Origin: Synechococcus sp. AG-686-F08
GTDB taxonomy: Bacteria > Cyanobacteriota > Cyanobacteriia > PCC-6307 > Cyanobiaceae
Assembly (NCBI GenBank): GCA_003210315.1
Contig: QCVQ01000002.1
Location: 7,333-71,332, forward strand
DNA: 64,000 nt
Reading direction: 5' to 3'
A program made the translations under genes and the position numbers. Numbering within the stretch: position 1 is the first letter of the stretch; each line of letters opens with the position of its first letter. The notes beneath the pieces were generated by a model, which was not told the origin of the DNA, searched no databases, and saw only the letters and a list, made by a program, of their open reading frames with translations. Of this stretch, positions 10,201-21,234 are shown in pieces.

Positions 10201-10234
10201 AAACCCAGGCTTTATACAAAGCCTGGGTTTTTTT
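10201..10234 (+). terminator. Terminator for clpP (possibly bidirectional)
   Basis: AAACCCAGGCTTT-atac-AAAGCCTGGGTTT followed by T residues. Confidence 0.8.
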
Positions 10235-12165
10235 CAAGCTAGGAGAGGAGAGAAACGTTCTTTCTCAGGGATTTCGGCGAATTCAGCAACAACAACACGG
10301 AATTCGTCACCGTCCATTGTTTCTTGCTCAATCAATTGCTCCACCAACTTATCCATGGCTTGGCGATGTTTGCCAACGAGTGCAACAGTTTCCTCGTAGC
10401 ACTTCATCACGATCAAACGAACTTGCTCATCAATCTGTTTAGAAATCGCATCTGATACATCGCTACGCGTCATCAGATCGCGTCCAAGGAAGACTTCTTG
10501 GCTGCCACCCTCCAGTGCCATAGGACCCAACTGGCTCATTCCAAATTGCGTCACCATTTGACGAGCCATCGAGGCCACCATTTGGATGTCACCACCAGCC
10601 CCTGTTGTCACTTCGGAGTGACCGAAGACAACATCCTCAGCAGCGCGACCTCCTAAAGCTCCCATGATGCGAGCTTTGAGTTGGGCACGAGATACGAGCA
10701 TCTGCTCTTCGTCGGGAGAGAACCAGGTCAAGCCTTGCGCCTGACCACGCGGAATCAAGGTGACCTTTTGAACCGGATCGTGATCTTTCACAAGGGTGCC
10801 AACCAAAGCATGTCCAACTTCGTGATAAGCAATTAATCGCTTACTGCGACCATCAGTAAGAGGATGACCTTCCATGCCAGCGATGATGCGATCCACGGCA
10901 TCGTCGATTTCGGATATTCCAATGCTCTCTTTGCGACGTCGCGCCGTGAGGATTGCAGCCTCGTTCAACAAATTGGCAAGATCTGCACCAGTAAATCCGG
11001 GCGTTCTTCTTGCAATGCTGTCGAGCGTGAGCTGATCGTCAAGCTTTTTATTTCTCGAATGGACTTCGAGAATGGAAAGACGCCCTTTGATATCAGGGGC
11101 ATCAACCGTGACCTGACGGTCAAATCGACCTGGGCGCATCAGCGCCGAATCAAGAACATCGGGCCTGTTCGTTGCAGCAAGAATGATGATTCCACTATTT
11201 CCTTCGAAACCATCCATTTCTGTGAGCAACTGATTAAGCGTTTGCTCACGCTCATCGTTACCACCACCAATTCCTGCACCACGCTGACGACCAACAGCAT
11301 CAATTTCATCAATAAAAATAAGACAAGGACTATTTTCCTTTGCGCGTTTAAACAGGTCCCGGACGCGGCTTGCGCCAACTCCCACGAACATTTCGACGAA
11401 TTCAGAGCCAGAAAGGGAGAAGAAAGGAACTCCGGCTTCACCAGCAATGGCTTTCGCAAGAAGGGTCTTACCCGTTCCTGGAGGCCCAACCAACAAAACA
11501 CCTTTTGGAATCTGCGCTCCTACAGAAGTAAAGCGCTCAGGCTGCTTCAAAAAGGTGACTACTTCTTGGAGATCCTGCTTCGCTTCACTAACACCTGCAA
11601 CGTCGTCGAATTTCACGCCGGTATCTGCTTCCATCGCAAAACGGGCTTTTGTCTTACCAAACTGCATGGCTTGTCCAGGGCCCCCTGGCATGGAGTTTCC
11701 ACGACGAGCCAGAAAGATCAGTGATCCGATGAGCAGTAGCGGGAACAAAAGGTTCCCAAGGATTCCTAGGGCTGGAGGAGCTGTTTTTGGTGGATGAATA
11801 TCAAAACTGATGCCTTCTTCCTTAAGGGTGTTGATCAGCTCAGGAGCCAAACCGGGAAGGTCAACCCTGAGCCTTTGGACCCGATTGTCAAGATCAGGAT
11901 CCACCGCTTCCACAACTGCGTTACGGCCACCGTCGTAAATATCAACGGCAGTTACACGGCCTGCCGCGACGTAATCCAAGAATCGGCCATAACTCATCCG
12001 GGCAACAGCTGCGTTGCGAGGAGCAACAGTGGTGCCGCCGCTGGTGGAAGCACTACTACTTCGGAGGTTATTGAGTGCTCCGCTTCCTACCAGCTGCCAA
12101 ACAAGCAGCAACGCGACGCCGATCGGGAGAATCCAAAGGGCTATCTGACGCCAGCGTTGATTCAT
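10234..12165 (-). CDS. ftsH: ATP-dependent zinc metalloprotease FtsH (FtsH2 type)
   Basis: [39 protein letters not shown]. Confidence 0.97.
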   Translation of the reverse strand: MNQRWRQIALWILPIGVALLLVWQLVGSGALNNLRSSSASTSGGTTVAPRNAAVARMSYGRFLDYVAAGRVTAVDIYDGGRNAVVEAVDPDLDNRVQRLRVDLPGLAPELINTLKEEGISFDIHPPKTAPPALGILGNLLFPLLLIGSLIFLARRGNSMPGGPGQAMQFGKTKARFAMEADTGVKFDDVAGVSEAKQDLQEVVTFLKQPERFTSVGAQIPKGVLLVGPPGTGKTLLAKAIAGEAGVPFFSLSGSEFVEMFVGVGASRVRDLFKRAKENSPCLIFIDEIDAVGRQRGAGIGGGNDEREQTLNQLLTEMDGFEGNSGIIILAATNRPDVLDSALMRPGRFDRQVTVDAPDIKGRLSILEVHSRNKKLDDQLTLDSIARRTPGFTGADLANLLNEAAILTARRRKESIGISEIDDAVDRIIAGMEGHPLTDGRSKRLIAYHEVGHALVGTLVKDHDPVQKVTLIPRGQAQGLTWFSPDEEQMLVSRAQLKARIMGALGGRAAEDVVFGHSEVTTGAGGDIQMVASMARQMVTQFGMSQLGPMALEGGSQEVFLGRDLMTRSDVSDAISKQIDEQVRLIVMKCYEETVALVGKHRQAMDKLVEQLIEQETMDGDEFRVVVAEFAEIPEKERFSPLLA

Positions 12166-12233
12166 GGATTCATCGTGAGTAACAAGACTGTAAGAGTTTC
12201 CTTACCTAAACCGCTGTTTCAGGGCAAGGTGAT

Positions 12234-13463
12234 TTAAAGGCTTCTTAATGCAACGATCGGATCGAGCATCGCTGCACGCTTTGCGGGCACGACGCCGAAA
12301 AACAAACCGATGGATCCCGATAGCCCAACAGTGACCAAAATTGTTGAGGCGCCAATCGCTGCTGGCAAAGGCGAAAAGAAGGCAACTGCTGTAACGGTGC
12401 CAAGTCCCACGGCGGTTCCGATCACTCCACCGAGGCTCGCCAACACAAGACTTTCCACTAAAAACTGCCGAAGAACATCAGAACTACGGGCACCCAATGC
12501 CTTGCGTAAACCGATTTCTTCTGTGCGCTCACTCACCGATACCAACATGATATTCATGATCCCGATGCCTCCCACGAGCAGCGATACACCACCAATCGCA
12601 CCGAGCATCAGCGTTAGGCCGCCTGTAATCGTGCCGACGATGGTGAGAGCATCTTTTTGGGATCGAACCGCAAAATCGTCTTTGCGCAAAATACGGTGCC
12701 TTTGTCTAAGCAAATTGGTGATTTGAAACTTGGCTGGGCCAGTACTTTGCTCATCCTTGGCTTCCACGCTGATGAAGCTGAGGCTCACTCCATAGGTAGG
12801 GTCCCGGCCTGTTAAACGACTCACCATGGTTGTGAGTGGGATATAGGCATTTTCATCCTGGTTTGACCCAAAGACCGCTCCCTTTGGTTCCATCACGCCA
12901 ATCACACTGAAACTTTGGTCTCGAATGCGAATGCTTTGGCCAACCGCTGCACCTGAGGGAAAGAGCTTGTCGCGAAGATCAGGGCCAATCACCACAACGG
13001 TCTTCGCACTCTGTTCATCTTCAGAACTGATGAACCGGCCTCGGGCAACTTCAAAACTGCGCACGGGTAAGAAAGCCGGCGTGACCCCAGAGATCGAAGC
13101 GCTTGTGCTCCTCGCTCCAGCCTGAACCACTTCATTCGCTGAAATTTGTGGGGCGACACGTTTCACGCTTGGAACCTGCGCAGCAATCGCCGTGGCATCG
13201 TCCAGCACCAAGGTGCGTGGAAACGCCACACCCTGCCTTCGGGTGTCATTGCTCCCAGGAACCACAAACAAAACGTTGGCCCCAAGACTGCTGAGCTGGT
13301 CTTCAGCCAAGTTTTGGGCACCTCGTCCAACTCCAACCAGCGTGATCACAGAGGCATTACCAATCACGATGCCGAGCATCGTGAGCAAACTTCGTAACCG
13401 GTTTGCTTTAAGTGTGGTGAGAGCCATGCCGACGGTGTCGGCAAGAGGCAGCTTGCTGGCCAT
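12234..13463 (-). CDS. MacB/FtsX-like ABC permease
   Basis: RSLLTMLGIVIG, GGIGIMNIMLVSVSERTEEIGLRKALGA, LDPIVALRS. Confidence 0.9.
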   Translation of the reverse strand: MASKLPLADTVGMALTTLKANRLRSLLTMLGIVIGNASVITLVGVGRGAQNLAEDQLSSLGANVLFVVPGSNDTRRQGVAFPRTLVLDDATAIAAQVPSVKRVAPQISANEVVQAGARSTSASISGVTPAFLPVRSFEVARGRFISSEDEQSAKTVVVIGPDLRDKLFPSGAAVGQSIRIRDQSFSVIGVMEPKGAVFGSNQDENAYIPLTTMVSRLTGRDPTYGVSLSFISVEAKDEQSTGPAKFQITNLLRQRHRILRKDDFAVRSQKDALTIVGTITGGLTLMLGAIGGVSLLVGGIGIMNIMLVSVSERTEEIGLRKALGARSSDVLRQFLVESLVLASLGGVIGTAVGLGTVTAVAFFSPLPAAIGASTILVTVGLSGSIGLFFGVVPAKRAAMLDPIVALRSL

Positions 13464-13481
13464 GAGCGTCTAAGACCAAAC

Positions 13482-15266
13482 TCAGAGCATGGTGTCTAAT
13501 TTCATCTGCATGTTGCTGCCGGTTCCCCGATGAACCACTCCATCTTTCACATGCAAGGTGACCACTTCTCCTTCTCGGAGATCTCGCGTTGCATTGGCAA
13601 CCCCAGTAATCACGGGAACGCCTAACCGTTTGGCGATCACTGCAGCGTGTGAGTCTTCTCCAGGTTGTTCTGTAATCACAGCAGCAGCGTCGCGGATACC
13701 GTCGAGATAGTCAGCTGACGTGTCGCGAGCCACAAGGATGTCACCTGGTTCGAGACGGGCGCAATCACTCGCAGACAACGCAATCCTCACTTTTCCGCTG
13801 ACAGAGCCACTCCCGAAACCTGTACCGCGGCCGAGCACAGCACTCACGATCCCCACTTTGATCAGGTCTGTAGAGCCACTGATTCCTGCAAGCGTTCCTG
13901 CAGTTTGGACGCAAAGATCTCCGTCTTTCACCACACCAATCTCTTGGGCATAAGCCATTGCCAACGTGAAAGTGGCGGTCGTGCTCTTCTGCGTTTCAAT
14001 CAGCAGCGGTGTCACCCCCCAAACCAATTGAAGTTTTCGTGCCACGTTAACTTCACTGGTGATCGCAAGAATCGGAGTTGAAGGCCGAAACTTACTGACG
14101 TTATGGGCGGTGGCACCGCTTTTGGTAAGAGGCAGGATCGCTGCAGCGTTGAGCTGGCGAGCAATGCTGCTGACTGCCCCACTGATCGCATTCGGGATCG
14201 TGCTGGGGAGATGCGTATCAATGGGGCGTTGGGGGTAATCCCGTTCGATCCGTCTGGCGATCGTCGCCATAGTTTCAACAGCCTCGACTGGAAAATCACC
14301 AACCGCTGTTTCATTGGACAGCATCACCGCATCAGTGCCGTCCAGGATGGCGTTAGCAACATCACTGACCTCAGCACGGGTAGGCCTAGGGCTCGATGCC
14401 ATGGAATCGAGCATCTGGGTTGCCGTGATGATCGGAATCCCAAGGCTGTTGGCCTTGTGGATCAGATCTTTTTGCAAAAGAGGAACCTCTTCTGCCGGCA
14501 TTTCAACCCCAAGGTCACCACGGGCCACCATCACGCCATCGCAAAGCGGCAAAATCGCGTCGATTTGATCGATCGCTTCGAACTTCTCAATTTTTGCCAC
14601 CACAGGAGTGGTGAAGCCGTGCTTACGAATGAGTTCTCTGATCTCCTGCATGTCTGAGGGGTTGCGCACGAAGCTCAGCGCGACCCAATCCACACCCTGC
14701 TGAAGGCCAAAGGCGAGATCTTGACGATCTTTTGTGGTGAGGGCTCTCACAGAAAGCTGCACATCCGGGAAGTTCACCCCCTTGTTGTTGGAGAGCACAC
14801 CAGGGACTGTGACTGAACAATGGAGGGTCTGGTCAACAGAATCCACTCGCTCAACTTTCATCTCGACACGGCCATCGTCAAGAAGGATGCGACTTCCGGC
14901 AGAGACTTCTTCGGCCAGCTTGTCGTAGGTGACTGTTGCAACCGTTTGATTGCAACGCACCTGTTTAGCCGTCAGTGCGAATTGATCACCTTTCGCGAGC
15001 GTGATCGGACCTTCTTCAAACCGACCTAAGCGAATCTTCGGACCCTGAAGATCCTGAAGAATTCCAATGTGGGCTCCTAATTCGTGGGCCACCTGCCGAA
15101 TCGTGGCAATCCTTTCGGCGTGCTCACTGTGATCTCCATGGGAGAAATTCAGTCGAAACGTGGTCGCTCCGGCCTGGATGAGTTCACGGATCCTTTCAGG
15201 ACTTTCCGTTGCGGGCCCGATGGTGGCCACGATCTTGGTTCTACGGGTTAGATCGATCTGGGCCAT
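13482..15266 (-). CDS. pyk: Pyruvate kinase with C-terminal PEP-utiliser domain
   Basis: MAQIDLTRRTKIVATIGPA, RLNFSHG, MVARGDLG, SHAAVIA. Start reassigned to the ATG at 15266. Confidence 0.96.
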   Translation of the reverse strand: MAQIDLTRRTKIVATIGPATESPERIRELIQAGATTFRLNFSHGDHSEHAERIATIRQVAHELGAHIGILQDLQGPKIRLGRFEEGPITLAKGDQFALTAKQVRCNQTVATVTYDKLAEEVSAGSRILLDDGRVEMKVERVDSVDQTLHCSVTVPGVLSNNKGVNFPDVQLSVRALTTKDRQDLAFGLQQGVDWVALSFVRNPSDMQEIRELIRKHGFTTPVVAKIEKFEAIDQIDAILPLCDGVMVARGDLGVEMPAEEVPLLQKDLIHKANSLGIPIITATQMLDSMASSPRPTRAEVSDVANAILDGTDAVMLSNETAVGDFPVEAVETMATIARRIERDYPQRPIDTHLPSTIPNAISGAVSSIARQLNAAAILPLTKSGATAHNVSKFRPSTPILAITSEVNVARKLQLVWGVTPLLIETQKSTTATFTLAMAYAQEIGVVKDGDLCVQTAGTLAGISGSTDLIKVGIVSAVLGRGTGFGSGSVSGKVRIALSASDCARLEPGDILVARDTSADYLDGIRDAAAVITEQPGEDSHAAVIAKRLGVPVITGVANATRDLREGEVVTLHVKDGVVHRGTGSNMQMKLDTML

Positions 15267-15355
15267 CCACAGGTCTTGAAGCTTGCGGAATCTACCGTCT
15301 TGCCCTTTTGGACTCGAAAACTTGTTGGATGATGACTTTCTTCCACATGATTCGT

Positions 15356-15685
15356 ATGGACCTGAATACCTATCAAGACGCAGCTCGGCTGACCGCTCTT
15401 TACCCAGATGCTGGCAACAATCCCATCTATCCAACCCTGGGCCTAAGTGGTGAGGCGGGGGAAGTCGCCGACAAAGTCAAAAAGGTGTTGCGCGATCGAG
15501 GAGGGCATTTTGACGATGCGATACGAGCTGAGATCGCCCTTGAGCTCGGTGATGTGCTCTGGTACGTCGCTCAACTAGCTAGCGAACTGGGGTATGAACT
15601 GGAGGATGTGGCCAACCAAAACCTCCAGAAACTTCGCGACCGCTCAGCGCGAGGGCAGTTGAAAGGAAGCGGAGATCACCGCTGA
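15356..15685 (+). CDS. MazG-like nucleotide pyrophosphohydrolase
   Basis: MDLNTYQ...LGLSGEAGEVADKVKK...ELGDVLWY...GSGDHR. Confidence 0.9.
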   Translation: MDLNTYQDAARLTALYPDAGNNPIYPTLGLSGEAGEVADKVKKVLRDRGGHFDDAIRAEIALELGDVLWYVAQLASELGYELEDVANQNLQKLRDRSARGQLKGSGDHR

Positions 15686-15706
15686 GCCCCCTTAAAGACG
15701 CCTCCT

Positions 15707-16009
15707 TTAGCCGTAGTTACCAAATCCACCGGCAAACGCGTAGCTGGCTGACACCAACAGCTGCTGCATCAAGCTCAGGGCAACGAACGCGAGAATGGCG
15801 GATAGATCAAGGCCACCGAGTGGGGGGATCAGGCCGCGGAAGGCATTGAGATAAGGGTCAGTGATCGAACTCACGGTGCTGAGTACGGGGTTTCCCATAT
15901 CCACATTGGGGAACCAGGTCAGCAGGACTCGAACGATCAAGACAAAGGAATAAATCTGCAGGGTCTGGGCAATGATCTGCAGAAAGGTGGAAACAAAACT
16001 CAAATCCAT
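15707..16009 (-). CDS. YggT/YlmG family membrane protein
   Basis: RVLLTWFPN...TDPYLNAFRGLIPPLGGLDLS. Confidence 0.92.
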   Translation of the reverse strand: MDLSFVSTFLQIIAQTLQIYSFVLIVRVLLTWFPNVDMGNPVLSTVSSITDPYLNAFRGLIPPLGGLDLSAILAFVALSLMQQLLVSASYAFAGGFGNYG

Positions 16010-16042
16010 CGTTGCTTCTCAAGCGTGAGTAATACCTGAACT

Positions 16043-16573
16043 TTATGCAGCTGGATCTGGTTCTGAGATCCCTCCATCAGGAAGCACAGAAAATGTGCGG
16101 TGAAACTTTTCAGAAAGACTGAGCCAATACGAACGCCCCTCGCTTTGGCGTTTGCGTTCAATAAAGTTCTGACTCAAGAGCTCTTTGATGTGGTCGTAGG
16201 CGCCTGACCCCCGTAATTCAACAAGCTCCGACTGAAGAATTCTCCGTTTCAAAGCAATAGTGGCAAGCGTTCTGAGCGTTGCGGTAGAGAGATTGACCGG
16301 CAAAAGATTACGCACGAGTTCGCCAAGACCAGCCCGAAGCTGAAGGCTGTATCGACCACTATTTTCACAAATTTCCAAGGCCGTATCTCGTTGGGCGTAT
16401 CCAGCCACCAAAGCGAGCAAGCCCTGCTCTGCTTCTTTCTCACTGGCGCTCGCTAGCTCAGCCAATTCCGAAATGGATAGAGCTTTTCCTTTCAGATAAA
16501 GAATGGCCTCCAAGCGAGCTGGAAGGGAGAGATTGAACTCCTGCATGTTGCTTCGCTCCAATCCTTGTGCCAT
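16043..16573 (-). CDS. scpB: SMC-Scp complex subunit ScpB
   Basis: LEAILYL...LSTATLRTLATIA...ELRG. Confidence 0.9.
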   Translation of the reverse strand: MAQGLERSNMQEFNLSLPARLEAILYLKGKALSISELAELASASEKEAEQGLLALVAGYAQRDTALEICENSGRYSLQLRAGLGELVRNLLPVNLSTATLRTLATIALKRRILQSELVELRGSGAYDHIKELLSQNFIERKRQSEGRSYWLSLSEKFHRTFSVLPDGGISEPDPAA

Positions 16574-16634
16574 GACTGCCCCTCATGCACGAGCTTTCAA
16601 AGTAACGCTGGAGCAGCTTTTGGCCAATTTCAGA

Positions 16635-18161
16635 TCATCCACCAAGAAAAAGTTTGTAAGCGGGATTACTTGTCTCTTCCCAACTGCTGTATCCAAGGTC
16701 ACGCAGAAAAGACTGCCAAGCCTTTAAGTCGTCAGGACTAACGAGAACACCCACAACAATCCGACCCACATCGGCTCCATGGTTTCTGTAGTGGAAAATG
16801 CTGATGCTCCAGTCGCGATGCAAAGCCGTCACGAAGCGCATTAAGGCTCCTGGACGCTCTGGAAACTCGAAGCGATACAGCAGCTCCTGCACCTTGCTGG
16901 TGGTTGAACTCGTAGGGAGTCGACCTCCAACCATGTGCCGAAGATGAACTTTGGAGAGTTCATCGTCACTGAGATCAAGGCAGGCATAGCCGTTCGTCTT
17001 GAGATGGCTGATCAAGGACGATCTGTCATCGGGTCCGCTCACCTGAATGCCCATAAAAATGTGGGCTTGGTCTCCAGCTCGCATTCGATAGGAAAATTCA
17101 GTGAGGCTGCGATCTGCGAGTAATTCACACAGGGAGCGAAGACTCCCCGGTCGCTCTGGTATTTCCACGGCGAGCATCGCTTCGCGTTCTTCACCCAGTT
17201 CGGCACGTTCAGCAACGAAGCGCAGACGCGCGAAATTGATGTTCGCGCCACAGGCCACGGCAACAAGATTTTGATTTTGGAGCGACCGTCGGCTCACATC
17301 AGCTTTGAGACCAGCAACAGCTAAGGCACCTGCCGGTTCAAGAATCGAGCGGGTGTCTTCAAAGACATCTTTAATAGCCGCACAGATTTCATCGGTACTG
17401 ACGGTCACGATGTCATCGACATACTTTTGGGCCAATTCAAAAGTGTGCTCACCTACCTCCCGCACAGCCACACCATCCGCAAACAGCCCAACCTGCGGCA
17501 AACGGATGCGTTCACCTGCCTCTAAGGACAAAGTCATGGCGGCAGCATCGTGGGGTTCAACACCAATGATTTGAACGTCAGGCCAGAGACTCTTGACGTA
17601 TACGGCGATTCCGCCAATCAAACCGCCACCGCCCACCGCCACGTAAATCGCGTCGGGGGGCTGATGACACTGGCGCAGGATTTCCATGCCCACAGTGCCT
17701 TGTCCAGCGATCACCTCAGGATCGTCAAATGGATGGATAAAGCAAAGCTGCTCCGCTTCGCTACGTGACCTGGCTTCGGCATAGGCCTCGTCATACGTCT
17801 CACCATGCAGCACCACCTCTGCTCCCAGCTGGCGCACAGCATCAACTTTCACGCCAGGTGTTGTGATTGGCATCACGATCACAGCTCTACAGCCAAGATG
17901 GGAGGCGCTGAGGGCCACCCCTTGGGCATGATTTCCAGCACTAGAAGCGATAACACCGAGTTTCAGCTCAGCTTCTGAAAGTTGAGCCATGCGGTTGTAG
18001 GCACCGCGCAGCTTGAACGAAAAAACGGGTTGAAGGTCTTCCCGTTTCAACCAAACGCTGTTGCTCAGCCTTCGGCTCAAATTGTTGGCAAGTTCTAAAG
18101 GGGTTTCCCGGGCCACGTCATAGACACGGGCGCGCAGGATCCTCGGCAAATAATGATCCAT
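16635..18161 (-). CDS. ilvA: Threonine dehydratase, biosynthetic
   Basis: KREDLQPVFSFKLRGAYN, SAGNHAQG, ACT-like repeats PERPG. Confidence 0.96.
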   Translation of the reverse strand: MDHYLPRILRARVYDVARETPLELANNLSRRLSNSVWLKREDLQPVFSFKLRGAYNRMAQLSEAELKLGVIASSAGNHAQGVALSASHLGCRAVIVMPITTPGVKVDAVRQLGAEVVLHGETYDEAYAEARSRSEAEQLCFIHPFDDPEVIAGQGTVGMEILRQCHQPPDAIYVAVGGGGLIGGIAVYVKSLWPDVQIIGVEPHDAAAMTLSLEAGERIRLPQVGLFADGVAVREVGEHTFELAQKYVDDIVTVSTDEICAAIKDVFEDTRSILEPAGALAVAGLKADVSRRSLQNQNLVAVACGANINFARLRFVAERAELGEEREAMLAVEIPERPGSLRSLCELLADRSLTEFSYRMRAGDQAHIFMGIQVSGPDDRSSLISHLKTNGYACLDLSDDELSKVHLRHMVGGRLPTSSTTSKVQELLYRFEFPERPGALMRFVTALHRDWSISIFHYRNHGADVGRIVVGVLVSPDDLKAWQSFLRDLGYSSWEETSNPAYKLFLGG

Positions 18162-18240
18162 CACTGCAGTCTGACAACCGCTCACCATCGCGAAGGGTCG
18201 GTGAGGCCCGTAGATTGACTGAATCGGTCTGGGGATGGGC

Positions 18241-20184
18241 ATGCATCTAAGCGAATTAACCCATCCCAATCAGCTGCACGGGCTGTCGGAGGCACAGCTT
18301 GAGGATGTGGCCAAGCAAATTCGTGAACGTCATTTGGAGGTGGTGTCCAACAGTGGAGGCCATCTCGGACCCGGATTAGGCGTTGTTGAATTAACACTCG
18401 CGCTGTACCAAACGCTTGATCTTGATCAAGACAAGGTGGTTTGGGATGTGGGTCATCAGGCGTATCCACACAAATTGATTACCGGACGCTTTGGACGCTT
18501 CGATTCCCTGCGTCAACAAGGGGGAGTGGCCGGTTATCTCAAGAGAACGGAAAGTCGTTTTGATCATTTCGGTGCCGGGCATGCCAGCACATCCATCTCG
18601 GCAGCCCTCGGCATGGCCATGGCCCGTGATCGGCAAGGTCTTGATTACAAATGTGTTGCCGTTATTGGTGATGGTGCCCTAACCGGAGGCATGGCTTTAG
18701 AGGCCATTAACCATGCCGGTCATCTTCCATCCACCCCACTTCTCGTTGTCTTAAACGACAACGACATGTCGATCTCTCCACCCGTAGGAGCCCTGTCCAC
18801 GTACCTCAACCGAATGCGGTTAAGTCCGCCCCTTCAATTTTTGTCTGGGAGCGTTGAAGAGAGCGTGCGTCATCTCCCCTTTATGGGAGGTGAAATACCG
18901 CCAGAGCTGAATCGTCTTAAAGAAAGCATGCGCCGTCTGGCTGTGCCCAAAGTTGGTGCGGTCTTTGAAGAACTTGGATTCACCTACATGGGTCCGATTG
19001 ATGGTCATGACATTGCCGAAATGACCCGAACGTTCCAGGCGGCACATCGCGTTGGCGGTCCCGTCATGGTTCATGTCGTTACAAAAAAGGGGAAAGGATA
19101 CCCCTATGCAGAAGCCGATCAGGTCGGTTACCACGCACAATCAGCCTTCAACCTCAGTACCGGAAAAGCAAGGCCAAGCAAAACGCCCAAACCTCCGAGT
19201 TACAGCAAGGTATTTGGACAAACTCTTGTCAAACTCTGCGAACAAAACCCAAAAGTTGTTGGGATCACGGCCGCCATGGCCACTGGTACTGGCCTGGACA
19301 TCCTGCAAAAAGCGCTCCCTGATCAATACATCGATGTTGGTATTGCTGAGCAACATGCGGTCACCCTGTCTGCAGGCATGGCCTGCGATGGACTTAGGCC
19401 GGTTGTCGCGATTTACAGCACCTTCTTACAAAGAGCCTTTGATCAGCTCATTCACGACGTGGGAATTCAAAAACTGCCTGTGACCTTTGTTTTGGATAGG
19501 GCAGGAATTGTGGGAGCCGATGGTCCAACCCATCAAGGGCAATACGACATCAGCTACATGCGTGCCATCCCAAATTTCACAGTGATGGCACCCAAGGATG
19601 AAGCAGAGCTTCAGCGCATGATGGTGACCTGTCTCCAGCACGATGGGCCCACTGCTCTGAGAATTCCCCGGGGGCCCGGCGAAGGTGTGCCTTTGATGGA
19701 AGAAGGCTGGGAAGCCCTACCGATTGGCTGTGGTGAAGTCGTGCGTGAAGGCAATGACGTCTTAATCGTTGCCTATGGCGCCATGGTGCCGAAGGCTGTG
19801 GCCACCGCAAAATGCTTGTCGGCGGTAGGCGTTGAGGCTTCCGTCATTAATGCCCGTTATTTGCGTCCGTTGGATGAAGCTCTCATTCATCCCATGGCAG
19901 AGAGAATTGGCAAGATTGTCACGATGGAAGAGGGTGCGTTACCAGGTGGCTTTGGATCGGCTGTTCTTGAATCAATCCAAGAGAAGGGGTTAGCGATTCC
20001 CATGCTGCGGATAGGAATTCCCGATCAATTGGTGGATCATGCAACTCCTCAGCAAAGCTTTGAGGCCCTGGGATTAACGCCCGATCAAATGGCAGTGAGG
20101 ATTAAGCAGCACTTCCTGCTGCAGACAACAGGAGCTCTCAAACTCGAAGAAAAATCACCAGCTGAAGTCTCTTCAGCTGGCTGA
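18241..20184 (+). CDS. dxs: 1-deoxy-D-xylulose-5-phosphate synthase
   Basis: [43 protein letters not shown]. Confidence 0.97.
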   Translation: MHLSELTHPNQLHGLSEAQLEDVAKQIRERHLEVVSNSGGHLGPGLGVVELTLALYQTLDLDQDKVVWDVGHQAYPHKLITGRFGRFDSLRQQGGVAGYLKRTESRFDHFGAGHASTSISAALGMAMARDRQGLDYKCVAVIGDGALTGGMALEAINHAGHLPSTPLLVVLNDNDMSISPPVGALSTYLNRMRLSPPLQFLSGSVEESVRHLPFMGGEIPPELNRLKESMRRLAVPKVGAVFEELGFTYMGPIDGHDIAEMTRTFQAAHRVGGPVMVHVVTKKGKGYPYAEADQVGYHAQSAFNLSTGKARPSKTPKPPSYSKVFGQTLVKLCEQNPKVVGITAAMATGTGLDILQKALPDQYIDVGIAEQHAVTLSAGMACDGLRPVVAIYSTFLQRAFDQLIHDVGIQKLPVTFVLDRAGIVGADGPTHQGQYDISYMRAIPNFTVMAPKDEAELQRMMVTCLQHDGPTALRIPRGPGEGVPLMEEGWEALPIGCGEVVREGNDVLIVAYGAMVPKAVATAKCLSAVGVEASVINARYLRPLDEALIHPMAERIGKIVTMEEGALPGGFGSAVLESIQEKGLAIPMLRIGIPDQLVDHATPQQSFEALGLTPDQMAVRIKQHFLLQTTGALKLEEKSPAEVSSAG

Positions 20185-20190
20185 GTTTGA

Positions 20191-20223
20191 GTTGGCTGAT
20201 GCAGCAGTGCTGCATCAGCCAAC
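20191..20223. repeat. Perfect 16-bp inverted repeat between convergent dxs and psaK
   Basis: GTTGGCTGATGCAGCA-G-TGCTGCATCAGCCAAC. Confidence 0.9.
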
Positions 20224-20242
20224 CTGATTCATCCAGAATGAT

Positions 20243-20500
20243 CTAAAGAACGCCTCGGGCTGCAAGGCCCTGAATGGCGCCAATTCCAATCATGTGACCC
20301 AGGCTGGTGCAAGCCAGCATGCTGCCGTGGCCCATTCCGCCAAAGAAAGAGGCACCTGGCAATTTGAGACCCACGTCTTGATGCTGAATCGTGGCTTTGC
20401 CAATCCCGATGGCGATGACATTGCAGACCACCATCACAAGAGCAACCTTGGGTGACCAGGAAAGAGTGGCGGGAGCAATAGCCAGAAGAGGAGTGAACAT
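20243..20500 (-). CDS. psaK: Photosystem I subunit PsaK
   Basis: WSPKVALVMVVCNVIAI...TSLGHMIGIGAIQGL. Confidence 0.93.
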   Translation of the reverse strand: MFTPLLAIAPATLSWSPKVALVMVVCNVIAIGIGKATIQHQDVGLKLPGASFFGGMGHGSMLACTSLGHMIGIGAIQGLAARGVL

Positions 20501-20533
20501 GCAGCGCAACAAGCGACACCTCATCTTCGGTTT

Positions 20534-20863
20534 TTACTGCCCCAAGATCTCCTCGTCGTAAGAGTTATTCACTGGCTCTTGTGATTTGCTTCGGAGAAGC
20601 CCGGCAACAATGCAGGCGTTACTCAGCGTCAAAAAGGCTTCAGCACCACCATGGAGCCAATCCACAGCCACCAATTCGGAGTCGTAGCGAACGAGAGCAA
20701 ACACCGCAGCAGCGATGGTGACGGCAACAAACAAAAGGGTGAGTTGAAAACCGATCACGGTTAATTTTGGAAGCTGCTGGCTCCGCCCTAGGTAATAAAG
20801 AAACACCAAATAAGGGAGCAACGACAGCGCAAAGAGGGGAGCTGGGTCGAAGTTCGAAGTCAT
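20534..20863 (-). CDS. DUF3593-like membrane protein
   Basis: LFALSLLPYLVFLY...VDWLHGGAEAFLTLSN. Confidence 0.8.
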   Translation of the reverse strand: MTSNFDPAPLFALSLLPYLVFLYYLGRSQQLPKLTVIGFQLTLLFVAVTIAAAVFALVRYDSELVAVDWLHGGAEAFLTLSNACIVAGLLRSKSQEPVNNSYDEEILGQ

Positions 20864-21162
20864 CCTTTCACCGTTGTGTCACGTTGCAAATTCCAAGCGG
20901 CAAACGCCAGTGTGATATTCCCAAGCAAGGTGGTACTGGCCTGCAAAGTCACGAGCCAACGAAGGCTCTCAGAATTGTCGTAGAGGTGCCATGTGCATGC
21001 AGCCATGGCACTGATCAAGGCAGGAATCATGGCTGCAGAAAGCCAAATCATGCTTGTTGGTGAGCGCTGTGAACCGCGCTGAGCGATCAACACCATCGCC
21101 AATAACCACTCAAAGACAGACGCCACATGAATCCACCATGTGCCAAGCGAAAGGGCATGCAT
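20860..21162 (-). CDS. Ycf49/DUF2499 membrane protein
   Basis: MHALSLGTWWIHVASVFEW...AMAACTWH. Confidence 0.85.
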   Translation of the reverse strand: MHALSLGTWWIHVASVFEWLLAMVLIAQRGSQRSPTSMIWLSAAMIPALISAMAACTWHLYDNSESLRWLVTLQASTTLLGNITLAFAAWNLQRDTTVKG

Positions 21163-21234
21163 GCGTCACAAGCGAGCGTTTCACCAACGTACGCGCCCTA
21201 AGCGCGGATAATGAACGAACAACTGGTGTTCTGA

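Noticed and set aside
10864-11724. 286-aa plus-strand ORF
   Set aside because: Antisense shadow of the conserved ftsH AAA domain; no recognisable motifs.
15267-15434. N-terminal extensions in the ORF track (pyk; likewise mazG, ilvA, pstC, the cyclophilin, 48906..50018 and the Cdv3-like gene)
   Set aside because: Longest-ORF artefacts that overlap divergent neighbours; the conserved sequence begins at downstream starts.
15356-15685. MazG-like gene as a phage or defence marker
   Set aside because: Embedded among housekeeping genes with no phage or defence neighbours.
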